From: Nitrososphaerota archaeon
Lineage (GTDB): Archaea; Thermoproteota; EX4484-205; JAAOZP01
Length of the DNA: 64,000 nt
Assembly: GCA_011605725.1 (NCBI GenBank)
Contig: JAAOZP010000012.1
Span: 216,821 to 280,820, forward strand
Reading direction: 5' to 3'
Below, piece after piece: positions 9,395 through 18,350 of the stretch. The stretch's first letter is position 1. Every line of letters begins with the position of its first letter. Under the pieces are notes generated by a model that saw nothing but the letters and a program-made list of their open reading frames with translations, searched no databases and was not told where the DNA came from. The translations under genes were made by a program, and so were the position numbers.

Positions 9395-10516
9395 CTAGAA
9401 CCAGTCTGAGTGCCAGATGTGAGGATTTCCTGCTGGAAACAATATTTCCAGTGCTTTTTCAACCCTTCCCTCATGCTTCACAGTCTGATCTATCAGAGCG
9501 TTTCCAGGATGCCTGTATCCGAGGATAAGCTGCATTAATACCCATTGTGGGAGCTCAATCCAGTTCTCCGACAGGGCTTCTGAAAAAGAAACCCCGGAGT
9601 CGGAAACCTCAAGCGTGATTAAGCCTATGTCTGTCTTGAAAGAAATATGTGAGGGCAGTTCTCTAACACAAGCATTCCTCAAGCGGTCTTCAAACACGGG
9701 GGCGAGCTTTTCAAATGTCGATTTGAGATTAATGATTCTCCCCATGCCGTCGGAAGCATAGGGATAGTCAATGCTGATAGTGCAGCCGAGGCTTTTACAA
9801 AGCTCTGTGAAAGGATGGTCGAACGGGGCGTATACTTCAAGCTCAGCAGCCTTCTTCTGAAGAGCAGTATCGTACGCGAACCGGAGCACATGCTCGTATA
9901 GAGCAACGTCTACAGCACCAACCTCAGTTATCCTCATTACCCTCGGCCACCGGTCAGCAGCGCAGTAGGCAACTATTCTGCCATACTCGTCTTCGAAGAC
10001 TGTTCCGTCAGCAGGTATTCCCCACCAGCTTCCCTTTCTAAACCTAAACCATTCCCCCCTATACCTTTTTAAAGGACCCGTCCTACGCTCATTCGTAAAC
10101 TCGTAGATTTCCAAGACTGCGGAAGCGTCCTCCTTCACCATAGGGCGGGCGTTAAGCCCGGGCCTAGCCCTCTCAGCATTTCTAAGAGGCATTGTTATCT
10201 TGCAATTGGGAAGCGTCGAAGCATAGCCCCACCTAAAATAGTAATCAGGTATGCCGAAGAGCATTGATACATCATAGCCGTTTCTAATCATGTATTCGAT
10301 CGAAAACTCCATAACCTTTCTCGAATACCCCTTCATCCTGTGCTCCTCGAGTGTCCCAACCCCGCCGATCCCTCCAGTTTTCAAGAATACTTTCCCAACC
10401 TTTACTTCAAGATCGTTAATGGTGAGCCAGCTAACCGGCGATCCTCCCAGCTCATCTAGAAGAAGCTCAACCTTATGCGTCCTCGCCGAGTCGGTAACCC
10501 TTATCTCGCTTCCCAT
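9395..10516 (-). CDS. GNAT-family N-acetyltransferase, Eis-like with SCP2-like C-terminus
   Basis: IGGVGTLEEHRMKGY, LFGIPDYYFRWGY acetyl-CoA motif; C-terminal LILGY. Confidence 0.85.
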   Translation of the reverse strand: MGSEIRVTDSARTHKVELLLDELGGSPVSWLTINDLEVKVGKVFLKTGGIGGVGTLEEHRMKGYSRKVMEFSIEYMIRNGYDVSMLFGIPDYYFRWGYASTLPNCKITMPLRNAERARPGLNARPMVKEDASAVLEIYEFTNERRTGPLKRYRGEWFRFRKGSWWGIPADGTVFEDEYGRIVAYCAADRWPRVMRITEVGAVDVALYEHVLRFAYDTALQKKAAELEVYAPFDHPFTELCKSLGCTISIDYPYASDGMGRIINLKSTFEKLAPVFEDRLRNACVRELPSHISFKTDIGLITLEVSDSGVSFSEALSENWIELPQWVLMQLILGYRHPGNALIDQTVKHEGRVEKALEILFPAGNPHIWHSDWF

Positions 10517-10559
10517 GAAGCCCCTCTAGACACGAACTCTTAAAAAACTTAGCCCTCAA

Positions 10560-11558
10560 TCACTTAGACTCAATATAGTATAGATCCTGCCTCGGATCCC
10601 TTATTAAGGGTCTTTTCTTGACGAAATTGTTTCCGACAAGTATCGCGAGAGCATGGCGTACAGTCCTAGCAGGGAGCATCGTCTTCTTAACAATGTCTTT
10701 CTGAGTTAAAGCCCCCTCGTATTCAAGAACCTTCAAAATAAGTTTTGCACTCGGAGGCAGACTGCTTACGTCGAGAGACATGCGAGCCTTCTTCTCAAGC
10801 CTCCTTGCGAGAAGCGCTTCGCTAAGCCTTACGAAGCCTATGTCCTCACCTTTTTTAATAATAACCTTCTCAGTCACCCTCATTCTGTATCCACCGTCAA
10901 CGATGACTTCGCAAGCCGAGTTGCTGACTATGTCCCGGATCTCTATAAGGCTTTCAAGAGGAGTTACTAATGGCCTTCTAGTAAGATTTAAAGAGTTAAC
11001 TGGAACTATGCTTACAACCCTGGCCTGCGGATGAATTATCGGCCCCCCTGTTGAAAGAGCATAAGCTGTTGAACCTATGGGTGTGGAAACTATCAGGCCG
11101 TCGCCTATGTCCCTCCAGACGAACTCGCCGTCAACGTAAAGACTGTATTCAAGAATCGTGGCGCTTTTCCGCGGGAAGATTGCAAGCTCGTTAAGTGCAC
11201 ACGGTGTTTCAGCATCATCCACCATAGCCTTAAGCCTCGAAGAATACTCCACACTATATTCTCTTCTCAGAAAAGCCCTTAAAGCTTCGCCGAGCCTATC
11301 TAGCGTCGTCTCCATCAGGAAACTATTATTCTCAGTCTTGCTGACCCCTAGGATGAGGACATCCCTAGATTTAACATGATGCAACGCTTTCAAAACATCC
11401 TTATCCTCACCCAAGATGAGAAGGAGGCCCTCGTTAAGCTTCTCAAGTTCTTCAAGACGTTTGACTCGCGTAACCTCCACCCCGACGCGATTGACTGTTC
11501 TCAAGCATTCCTTTAGAAGACCACGCTCGAACCTTGCTGGAGCTAGCACTATGTTCAA
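10560..11558 (-). CDS. NAD kinase-family domain fused to a C-terminal winged HTH
   Basis: ALNE, GDGLIVSTPIGSTAYALSTGGP and VDG (NAD kinase); C-terminal LPPSAKLILKVLEYEGALTQKDI...LPARTVRHAL (wHTH). Confidence 0.9.
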   Translation of the reverse strand: MNIVLAPARFERGLLKECLRTVNRVGVEVTRVKRLEELEKLNEGLLLILGEDKDVLKALHHVKSRDVLILGVSKTENNSFLMETTLDRLGEALRAFLRREYSVEYSSRLKAMVDDAETPCALNELAIFPRKSATILEYSLYVDGEFVWRDIGDGLIVSTPIGSTAYALSTGGPIIHPQARVVSIVPVNSLNLTRRPLVTPLESLIEIRDIVSNSACEVIVDGGYRMRVTEKVIIKKGEDIGFVRLSEALLARRLEKKARMSLDVSSLPPSAKLILKVLEYEGALTQKDIVKKTMLPARTVRHALAILVGNNFVKKRPLIRDPRQDLYYIESK

Positions 11559-11592
11559 CTGGTTTCACCAGTGTATTAGAAGGACTATTTAT

Positions 11593-11614
11593 TGTTTTCA
11601 ACGGTTTAAAAACA
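11593..11614. promoter_or_regulatory. Imperfect palindrome, candidate operator in the divergent NADK-HTH/nadA spacer
   Basis: TGTTTTcAAcggtTTaAAAACA; a second palindrome GCAATtATTGC lies at 11651-11661. Confidence 0.35.
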
Positions 11615-11710
11615 TGTGGTCCTATTTTTGCCTTTAAACGAAATATTCATGCAATTATTGCCTAAACAGAACCACTTAAATAAGGGAGTTTAAGGCTTCA
11701 AGGGAAGCTG

Positions 11711-12646
11711 ATGGAAGACCTTAGCCGTAGAATACGTGAAAAAGCGAGGGAGACGGGAGCCGTAATACTAGCCCACAATTATCAGAGACCAGAGGTGCAG
11801 GACGTTGCTGATTTCGTCGGCGACAGTCTGGAACTCTCCATCAAGGCTATGGAGACCGATGCTAAAACGATAGTTTTCGCGGGCGTAGATTTCATGGTTG
11901 AGCAAGCAGCTTTTTTAAACCCCGGTAAGAAAGTGTTGACGCCTGAGCCAGGCTCCATCTGCCCGATGGCGTGGCAGCTTGACCCACCTGTGGTTGAAGA
12001 ATACCGTAGGAAAAACCCGGATGCGCCACTCGTGGTTTACGTGAATTCCTTCATCGAGGTCAAGTCTATGGCGGACTACGTGGTTACCAGCAGCAGCGCC
12101 TCAAAGCTAGTGTCTAAACTTGATTCAGAGAAGATTCTTTTTGGACCAGACAGAAACCTAGCATCATACGTTGCCGAAACAACCGGGAAGGAGGTTATCG
12201 CTGTCCCATTGAACAGCTACTGCCCGGTTCACGTAAACATCACGGCAGATAAAATATTGGCGGTTAAAAGGGGAGTGCCAGATGCGAAAGTACTTGCGCA
12301 CCCGGAGTGTCCACCTGAAACAAGGAGGCTTGCGGATTTCATAGGTAGTACGAGTCAAATAATAAGAGCGGTAGGAGAGATTAATGCGAAGCGTTTTATA
12401 ATAGGCACTGAGAATGGAGTGGTTTACAGAATATCAAAGCTTTATCCTGATAAGGAGGCTTATCCTGTTGGCGAAGACACAGTATGTCCTAACATGAAAA
12501 AGATAACGCTTGAAAAAGTATATAGGAGCCTAATCAGCGGCGAGACTGTTGTAAAGATCGATGAGAAACTTGCCGAGAAAGCGAGAAGAGTTCTTGAAAG
12601 AAGCTTTGCTCTCCTGGGGGTTGAAACACCTTGGTCGAGGAAGTAG
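11711..12646 (+). CDS. nadA: Quinolinate synthase
   Basis: LAHNYQ, GDSLELS, CPMA, YVNS, CPVH, HPEC, GSTS and CPNMK motifs. Confidence 0.97.
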   Translation: MEDLSRRIREKARETGAVILAHNYQRPEVQDVADFVGDSLELSIKAMETDAKTIVFAGVDFMVEQAAFLNPGKKVLTPEPGSICPMAWQLDPPVVEEYRRKNPDAPLVVYVNSFIEVKSMADYVVTSSSASKLVSKLDSEKILFGPDRNLASYVAETTGKEVIAVPLNSYCPVHVNITADKILAVKRGVPDAKVLAHPECPPETRRLADFIGSTSQIIRAVGEINAKRFIIGTENGVVYRISKLYPDKEAYPVGEDTVCPNMKKITLEKVYRSLISGETVVKIDEKLAEKARRVLERSFALLGVETPWSRK

Positions 12647-13485
12647 TTTTCAAAAAATTTATCGAGTGGCTATGTGAAGATGTCCCATACTGGGATGTGA
12701 CTTCTGAGATAATACCTCCAGAGGTAACATGTGAGGCGGTTGTAATAGCTAAGGAGAATGGTGTTGCAGCCTGCTGCGAGGATCTTGCTCTAATACTTGA
12801 GAAGATGGGTTTCACAGTTAGGGTTTTGAAGAAGAGTGGCGAGGAATTCAGAAAAATGGATCAAATAATGTGGATTAAAGGCAATATGCGTAGACTCATG
12901 GAGATTGAGAGACTATTATTAAACATTCTTTCACAAGCCTTCGGAGTGGCAACTTTAACTAGAGCCTTCGTCGAGAAAGCGAGAAGAATAAGCCCGAACG
13001 TGAAGATAGCCGCAACTAGAAAGGTTAAACCAGGCTTCCAGTATTTCGAGAAGAAAGCCATTGCAGCAGCCGGCGGGGATACTCATAGGCTGAATCTGTC
13101 GGATATGATTCTCATCAAGGAGAACCATCTAAAGTATTTTAACTCAGTTGGCGAGGCTGTGAAGAAGGCTAGGGAGATAGCAAGCTTCAGCAAGAAGATA
13201 GAAGTGGAGGTGGCTGAGGCTGAAGATGCTGTAGAGGCTGCTGAAGCCGGTGCAGACATAATCATGCTTGACAATTGCACCCCTGAAAGAGCAAGGAGAA
13301 CGATTGAAATGCTTAGAGAGAAAGGCTTGAGGGACAAGGTTCTAATAGAAGTCTCGGGTGGAGTGAAGCTTGAAAACCTTGAAGAATACGTTGAAACCGG
13401 CCCGGACATAATAAGCTCTGGAGAGTTAACGCATTCAGCAAAAGCTATAGATATCTCGCTTGAAGTTACGAGGGTGGAGAAATGA
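12631..13485 (+). CDS. nadC: Nicotinate-nucleotide pyrophosphorylase (carboxylating)
   Basis: ED...DVTS, ERLLLN, ATRK, HRLNLSD..LIKENH, IEVEV, IMLDN and SGG motifs. Confidence 0.97.
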   Translation: MVEEVVFKKFIEWLCEDVPYWDVTSEIIPPEVTCEAVVIAKENGVAACCEDLALILEKMGFTVRVLKKSGEEFRKMDQIMWIKGNMRRLMEIERLLLNILSQAFGVATLTRAFVEKARRISPNVKIAATRKVKPGFQYFEKKAIAAAGGDTHRLNLSDMILIKENHLKYFNSVGEAVKKAREIASFSKKIEVEVAEAEDAVEAAEAGADIIMLDNCTPERARRTIEMLREKGLRDKVLIEVSGGVKLENLEEYVETGPDIISSGELTHSAKAIDISLEVTRVEK

Positions 13486-14273
13486 AGAGAATAGGTTTGA
13501 TAGGGTGTGGCGCGATAGGCTCTCTCATAGCCACGGCTGTGGACGAGGGCAAGGTTAACGCAAAACTAGTTTACGTGTATGATTCTCGTAAAGAGGCTGC
13601 GATGAAGCTGGTTGAGAAGCTGAAGAACAAGCCGAAGATTCTGGATGGAATAGAGGAAATGTTGAAAGACAGGAGGGTAAAAATTATTGTCGAGGCTGCC
13701 AGCGACGAGGCTGTCCTAAAATATCTTAAACCCATTGTTGAGGCAGGTAAAGAGATGCTTGTGATGAGCATAGGTGGGCTCCTTTTCCCAGAGACGAGAA
13801 AAATATATGAGGAAAACGCTAGCAAGATACATGTTCCGGCTGGAGCAATCGCTGGACTGGATGCCATCCAAGCCATAAGCCTAGTCGGTGTTGACAGGGT
13901 TGTTCTAACCACAAGGAAGCCTCCTGAAGCATTAGCATACTCCAATTATTTTAAGGAGAAAGGGATTGAACTGGATAGGATCAAGGAGCCTACGCTAGTC
14001 TACGACGGGCCTGTTGAAGACGCTTTAATACATTTTCCCAGAAGCGTGAACGTGGCGGCAGCATTAGCCTTATACTCTAAATCCGGGGTTGAAGTTAGAA
14101 TAATAGCAGACCCGGCTAGGAAGGAGATATTGCATGAGATAGATGTCGAATCCAAGGTTTCCAACCTAAAGATACTGGTTGAAAACATCCCGCATCCAGA
14201 TAACCCTAGGACGAGCTATTTGGCAGCATTATCCTGCATTCAGAAACTTAAAGAGATTTGCGCTAAGCAGTAA
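13482..14273 (+). CDS. nadX: L-aspartate dehydrogenase
   Basis: GCGAIG, VEAAS, GAIAGLD, TRKPP, FP.SVNVAA and NPRTSYLA motifs; operonic with nadA and nadC. Confidence 0.95.
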   Translation: MKRIGLIGCGAIGSLIATAVDEGKVNAKLVYVYDSRKEAAMKLVEKLKNKPKILDGIEEMLKDRRVKIIVEAASDEAVLKYLKPIVEAGKEMLVMSIGGLLFPETRKIYEENASKIHVPAGAIAGLDAIQAISLVGVDRVVLTTRKPPEALAYSNYFKEKGIELDRIKEPTLVYDGPVEDALIHFPRSVNVAAALALYSKSGVEVRIIADPARKEILHEIDVESKVSNLKILVENIPHPDNPRTSYLAALSCIQKLKEICAKQ

Positions 14274-14479
14274 AATACGTTTAAACTCATGCAACAGGTG
14301 GAAAAATCTACATATAAAGCCTATTCAAATACTTGCATCGCAGCATTATTCAAACAATATGACGAGTAGATGAGCGGGGTTGAACGTCTGCGACTGGGCC
14401 AGAACGCTTCCAAGCCTGGGCGTCGAAAAGTTTATAACCATGTTTCTGAGAAGTCCTTCGAAGCCGAGAAGAGACAGTT

Positions 14480-16036
14480 ATGAGTAATAATGCGGTTAAA
14501 GTCTATGTTCTAGACCCTGCTTCAATACTTACCGGAGTAGCCGCTAGGGCGGTTGAAAACGGTGAGGTAGTTGGCAGGATAATAGTGCATAAGGCCATTG
14601 TGTCGGAGTTTGAAAGAAAAGCCAGAGTTGGAGATGAAACAGGGTTAAACGGTTTAAAATCGCTGAAGGATGCTGCTTCAGCGAAGCGGCTTAGTGTGGA
14701 ATTCATAGGCTCTTCAAACACTCCTGAAGAAGTTTCCACAGCATTGAGGGATCTAGCGATAAATATGAACGGCACACTTGTCTCATGCGACCCAGTTTTA
14801 ACGAAGACTGCGAAAGCAATGGGGATTGAGGCACTCTATCTTAGCCCGGTTGGAAAAGCTAAGCTTGAAGAATTCTTTAAACCAGGCATAATGTCTATAC
14901 ATCTCAAGGAGAATGTTGTTCCGAAGGCGAAGGAAGGAGTTCCAGGCAAATGGGTTTACAGGGATGTTGGGGAGAAGCCAATAAGCAAGTCTGAGCTTGA
15001 ATCAATAATAGCTGACATAATGGAGAGAGTCCAGTTTACAAACCAGGGTTTTGTGGAAATAGACAAGTCTGGCTCGACAATAATACAGCTTAAAGACCTT
15101 AGAATAGTCATAACTAGACCACCTTTCTCCGACGGACTTGAAATAACCGCTGTTAAACCGCTTGTCAAGAGAAGCCTTGAAGAATATAATTTGGCTGACA
15201 AGCTTGTTGAAAGGCTTAGGACTCAAGCTGAGGGAATACTAATAGCTGGAGCCCCTGGAATGGGAAAGTCGACTTTCGCCCAGGCTCTCGCAGAGTTCTA
15301 CAGGTCGATGAACAAGGTTGTTAAAACAATAGAGAGCCCGAGAGACCTTCAACTCCCTCCTGACGTGACACAGTATTCTAAGACTGCTGCCGAACCGAGT
15401 GAGCTCCACGACGTATTACTGTTAAGCAGACCGGACTACACGATATACGATGAGCTTAGAGACACTAACGACTTCAACATTTTCATAGATCTTAGGCTCG
15501 CAGGCATAGGGATGGTTGGCGTCATACATGCTACAACACCCATGGACGCTATTCAACGCTTCACCGGCAGGACTGATCTTGGACTCATACCCTCCATCAT
15601 AGACACAGTCATATTCATGAAGGAGGGAGAGGTTTCTAAAATATACACGCTTGAAACAGTCGTGAAAATACCTAAGGGGATGAGGAACGCAGACCTAGCT
15701 AGGCCGACGATAATCGTTAAAAACTTCTTAACGGGGGAGGTGGAGTACGAGCTTTATGTCTTCGGAGAGCAAACCTTCATAGTACCGGTTCGTAAGAAGA
15801 AGACAGGGTATGAGGAGAAGCTTAAGGAGGAGGTTCAGGCAATAGTGCATAACCAGATTTCAGACTTCGACATCAGGGTAGAGGGAGACAGGCTAATTCT
15901 CTATGCGAACAAGGAGGACATACCCATACTTGTAAAGAAGTACAATAAGAAGCTAAACAGGTTTGCAAAGAGGATAAACATGAATATTGAGATAAGCCCC
16001 CAGAGTAGGCGTGAAACCGGGAACAGAGAACAATAG
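14480..16036 (+). CDS. PINA-type ATPase (PIN + ATPase + KH-like); Holliday junction branch-migration family
   Basis: N-terminal PIN-like domain, RPPFSDGLEITAV, Walker A GAPGMGKST, ESPRDL, RPDYTIYDE, LRLAGIGMVGVIHA. Confidence 0.92.
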   Translation: MSNNAVKVYVLDPASILTGVAARAVENGEVVGRIIVHKAIVSEFERKARVGDETGLNGLKSLKDAASAKRLSVEFIGSSNTPEEVSTALRDLAINMNGTLVSCDPVLTKTAKAMGIEALYLSPVGKAKLEEFFKPGIMSIHLKENVVPKAKEGVPGKWVYRDVGEKPISKSELESIIADIMERVQFTNQGFVEIDKSGSTIIQLKDLRIVITRPPFSDGLEITAVKPLVKRSLEEYNLADKLVERLRTQAEGILIAGAPGMGKSTFAQALAEFYRSMNKVVKTIESPRDLQLPPDVTQYSKTAAEPSELHDVLLLSRPDYTIYDELRDTNDFNIFIDLRLAGIGMVGVIHATTPMDAIQRFTGRTDLGLIPSIIDTVIFMKEGEVSKIYTLETVVKIPKGMRNADLARPTIIVKNFLTGEVEYELYVFGEQTFIVPVRKKKTGYEEKLKEEVQAIVHNQISDFDIRVEGDRLILYANKEDIPILVKKYNKKLNRFAKRINMNIEISPQSRRETGNREQ

Positions 16037-16082
16037 TTTCAAGAAAGCTTCAGCCTAGAAACAACTTAAACCACGGTCTTTT

Positions 16083-16454
16083 CTAACGTATTACTCCACC
16101 AACAGCCCCACCGATTATTGACATTATTGATCCGAATGCCAGCGACACTATGATTGCTCCACCAGCAACAACGCCTCCTAGAAGACCCAGTAAACCGCCG
16201 AGAACCCCTCCAAGCAGGCCTCCGACTCCAACGAAGCCGATGACTAGAAGTATGGTTGCGATTATTCCGCCGAATACTCCTGCCAGAAGTCCAGCTAGAG
16301 CACCCCTACCGGCTCCACCCCCAGCTATTAAGCCGGCGATTAAGCCACCGATCAAAGAGCCGAAAACTGGAAAGCATACTCCTAAAAGAGAGTTTACTAT
16401 AAATCCTAAGAATGCTCCAAGCCACAGGTTTCCTTCCCTCCCCATACATACCAC
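16083..16454 (-). CDS. Small Gly-rich membrane protein (DUF5518-like)
   Basis: Multiple GxxxG transmembrane helices; P..GSLIGGLIAG motif. Confidence 0.75.
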   Translation of the reverse strand: MVCMGREGNLWLGAFLGFIVNSLLGVCFPVFGSLIGGLIAGLIAGGGAGRGALAGLLAGVFGGIIATILLVIGFVGVGGLLGGVLGGLLGLLGGVVAGGAIIVSLAFGSIMSIIGGAVGGVIR

Positions 16455-16484
16455 TGAGGAAGTTTAGCATTAGCTGTGATTTAA

Positions 16485-18350
16485 TCATTTCTTCTCAGCA
16501 ACAGGCTTCTTTCTGGCTAAGTATAAAGTAGCGAAGCATAAAACTGCTAAAGCAACAGCCATGAGGATAAGCATGAGCTTCGAGCTCAATCCTGATCCCT
16601 TTAGTATTACTGATTCATTTCTAATGAGGTTGACATTCCTGCTTTCGACAGAATTACTAACGGTGTAGTTTCCAGTGGGAATGTTTGAGAAAACGACATG
16701 GCCGTTGGCGTCGGTCTTTCCGTTTGCTTGAGAGGCCGATGAAGCTATACGGACATCGATGCCTCCCATGGGCTCTCCGAATTCGTTGACTACGTAAACG
16801 CTTAGGGAATACGTTTTCGTCTTTAATTCGATCATCAACGGATTACTTGTCAGCGGAAGCGGGAATTCAACGCTCATACCAGAGTTCAGGGAAATACTTT
16901 TATTCGTTACATGTAGAGAGCCCTTGAATACCTCAACGTCGTCCTTTTTCACCGAGACTTCATAATCCCCTAGAGCCAAGGTTGCCGTCAATTCGCCGGA
17001 TCCAGAAGCGATGACCTCTCCATCATGTTTCAATTCTACGACTCCATCCAGCAGCCCACCAGTTGAGTTAACAGCCCTGAGCGTCACCTTCCCAAGAACT
17101 ACCGCTATGCTGAAATTGCTCACCCTTGACAATCTCTTCCCGCTGGTCTCAAGCACCAGCACGTAGATTCCGGGCGACTCGGGCCTATAGCTTATCGTGA
17201 AGCTCCCGTTTGGAAACGGCCTTAGCCTAAGGACCTTGACTTCCCTCTCGCCTTGGTAGATGTGTAACGTCAACTCAGCGGTTTCTGGCTCCATAGTGCC
17301 GATGAGAACCCCATTAACGATTATTTCCCTCCCGATACTGACCACTGATTCTTCAATCCATGACCTTAAAGTACATACGCTCGGCACTACTGTCTGAAAC
17401 CTCCCGTACGCAACTGACCCAATGTAAGTGTCATTGCCAGGCCATTCGGCCTTTATGAAAACATCCCCGAAAACCCTCGGCTTCCAGACCATGGAGAAGA
17501 CTCCGGTGGTGGCTTTCAACTCGGCAAACAGTGTCCATGAGATGTTGTCAAGCGAATAGCATAACGAGACGTTTTTGGCGCTTGGAGGATAAAGGGTTCC
17601 GTTTATCTTAATATCCTCAGCTCCCGCAATAATCACGGCCGGGCTTACGGTTAAGTTAAGGATTGACACTCCTTTTACATGAAGAGCATACTCTGGTGTT
17701 GAAGCAGACTCGTACTCCGCATCCCTCGGGAAGTAGGCTGAAACCTTGTAGAGGCCCAGAAGCCTTGGCGTAAAATTGAACGAGAAGATTCCGTTAGAAG
17801 AAACCGATAATTGATACTCCTTCAAATCGCCTTTGGGATCCTTAACCTTAAAGTATACTGGTGAAACGCTGGGACTGACTTTCCCGGTTATCATGACGCT
17901 AGCGTTAACGACCGCCTCGCTTGGAACGTTGAGCTGAATGCTGACCGGCTTCTTTTCCGGCGGAGGTGGTGGGGGCGGGGGAGGCGCTGCGGAAAGATAA
18001 ACATTTATTAGTAAAGCTTCCCCATGTTGTGATGTTCCAGAGCTACTACCCGAGTAATCGCCCTTGGATGCGCTGACGGTCACTGTCACTGGAACTGCGT
18101 TGACATTTAACGTAGTATCGTAGTATCCATCGTTATCAGTTGTCCCTGACCAAGAATCCCCACCTCCGGAGACATGGACGGAAGCCCCTACTGCCTTGCT
18201 TCCATCGGGCATGTATACATACCCATACACAGGCACCGACACCCCTCCCCTTACCTTGATGGTATTTATCGCGATTGAGACGAATATTGAGATGAATACC
18301 AATGAGGAGACTAAATAGAATGAAAACCTTCTAATTTTATCTGCATACAT
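16485..18350 (-). CDS. Cell-surface protein with carboxypeptidase-regulatory-like/Ig-like domains, poly-Pro linker and C-terminal TM anchor
   Basis: N-terminal hydrophobic signal, GTTDNDGYY and KTDANGHVVF..GNY motifs, AAPPPPPPPPP linker, C-terminal TM followed by RKK. Overlaps the end of the C25 gene. ORF track starts at 18371. Confidence 0.8.
   Translation of the reverse strand: MYADKIRRFSFYLVSSLVFISIFVSIAINTIKVRGGVSVPVYGYVYMPDGSKAVGASVHVSGGGDSWSGTTDNDGYYDTTLNVNAVPVTVTVSASKGDYSGSSSGTSQHGEALLINVYLSAAPPPPPPPPPEKKPVSIQLNVPSEAVVNASVMITGKVSPSVSPVYFKVKDPKGDLKEYQLSVSSNGIFSFNFTPRLLGLYKVSAYFPRDAEYESASTPEYALHVKGVSILNLTVSPAVIIAGAEDIKINGTLYPPSAKNVSLCYSLDNISWTLFAELKATTGVFSMVWKPRVFGDVFIKAEWPGNDTYIGSVAYGRFQTVVPSVCTLRSWIEESVVSIGREIIVNGVLIGTMEPETAELTLHIYQGEREVKVLRLRPFPNGSFTISYRPESPGIYVLVLETSGKRLSRVSNFSIAVVLGKVTLRAVNSTGGLLDGVVELKHDGEVIASGSGELTATLALGDYEVSVKKDDVEVFKGSLHVTNKSISLNSGMSVEFPLPLTSNPLMIELKTKTYSLSVYVVNEFGEPMGGIDVRIASSASQANGKTDANGHVVFSNIPTGNYTVSNSVESRNVNLIRNESVILKGSGLSSKLMLILMAVALAVLCFATLYLARKKPVAEKK

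Noticed and set aside
14359-14425. Possible box C/D sRNA (ATGACGA...TTGA...CAGA) upstream of the PINA gene
   Set aside because: The boxes are degenerate, with no clear C' box or terminal stem and no target I can verify.
17958-17988. G-rich run as a possible G-quadruplex or contingency tract
   Set aside because: It is explained by the poly-proline linker codons on the minus strand.
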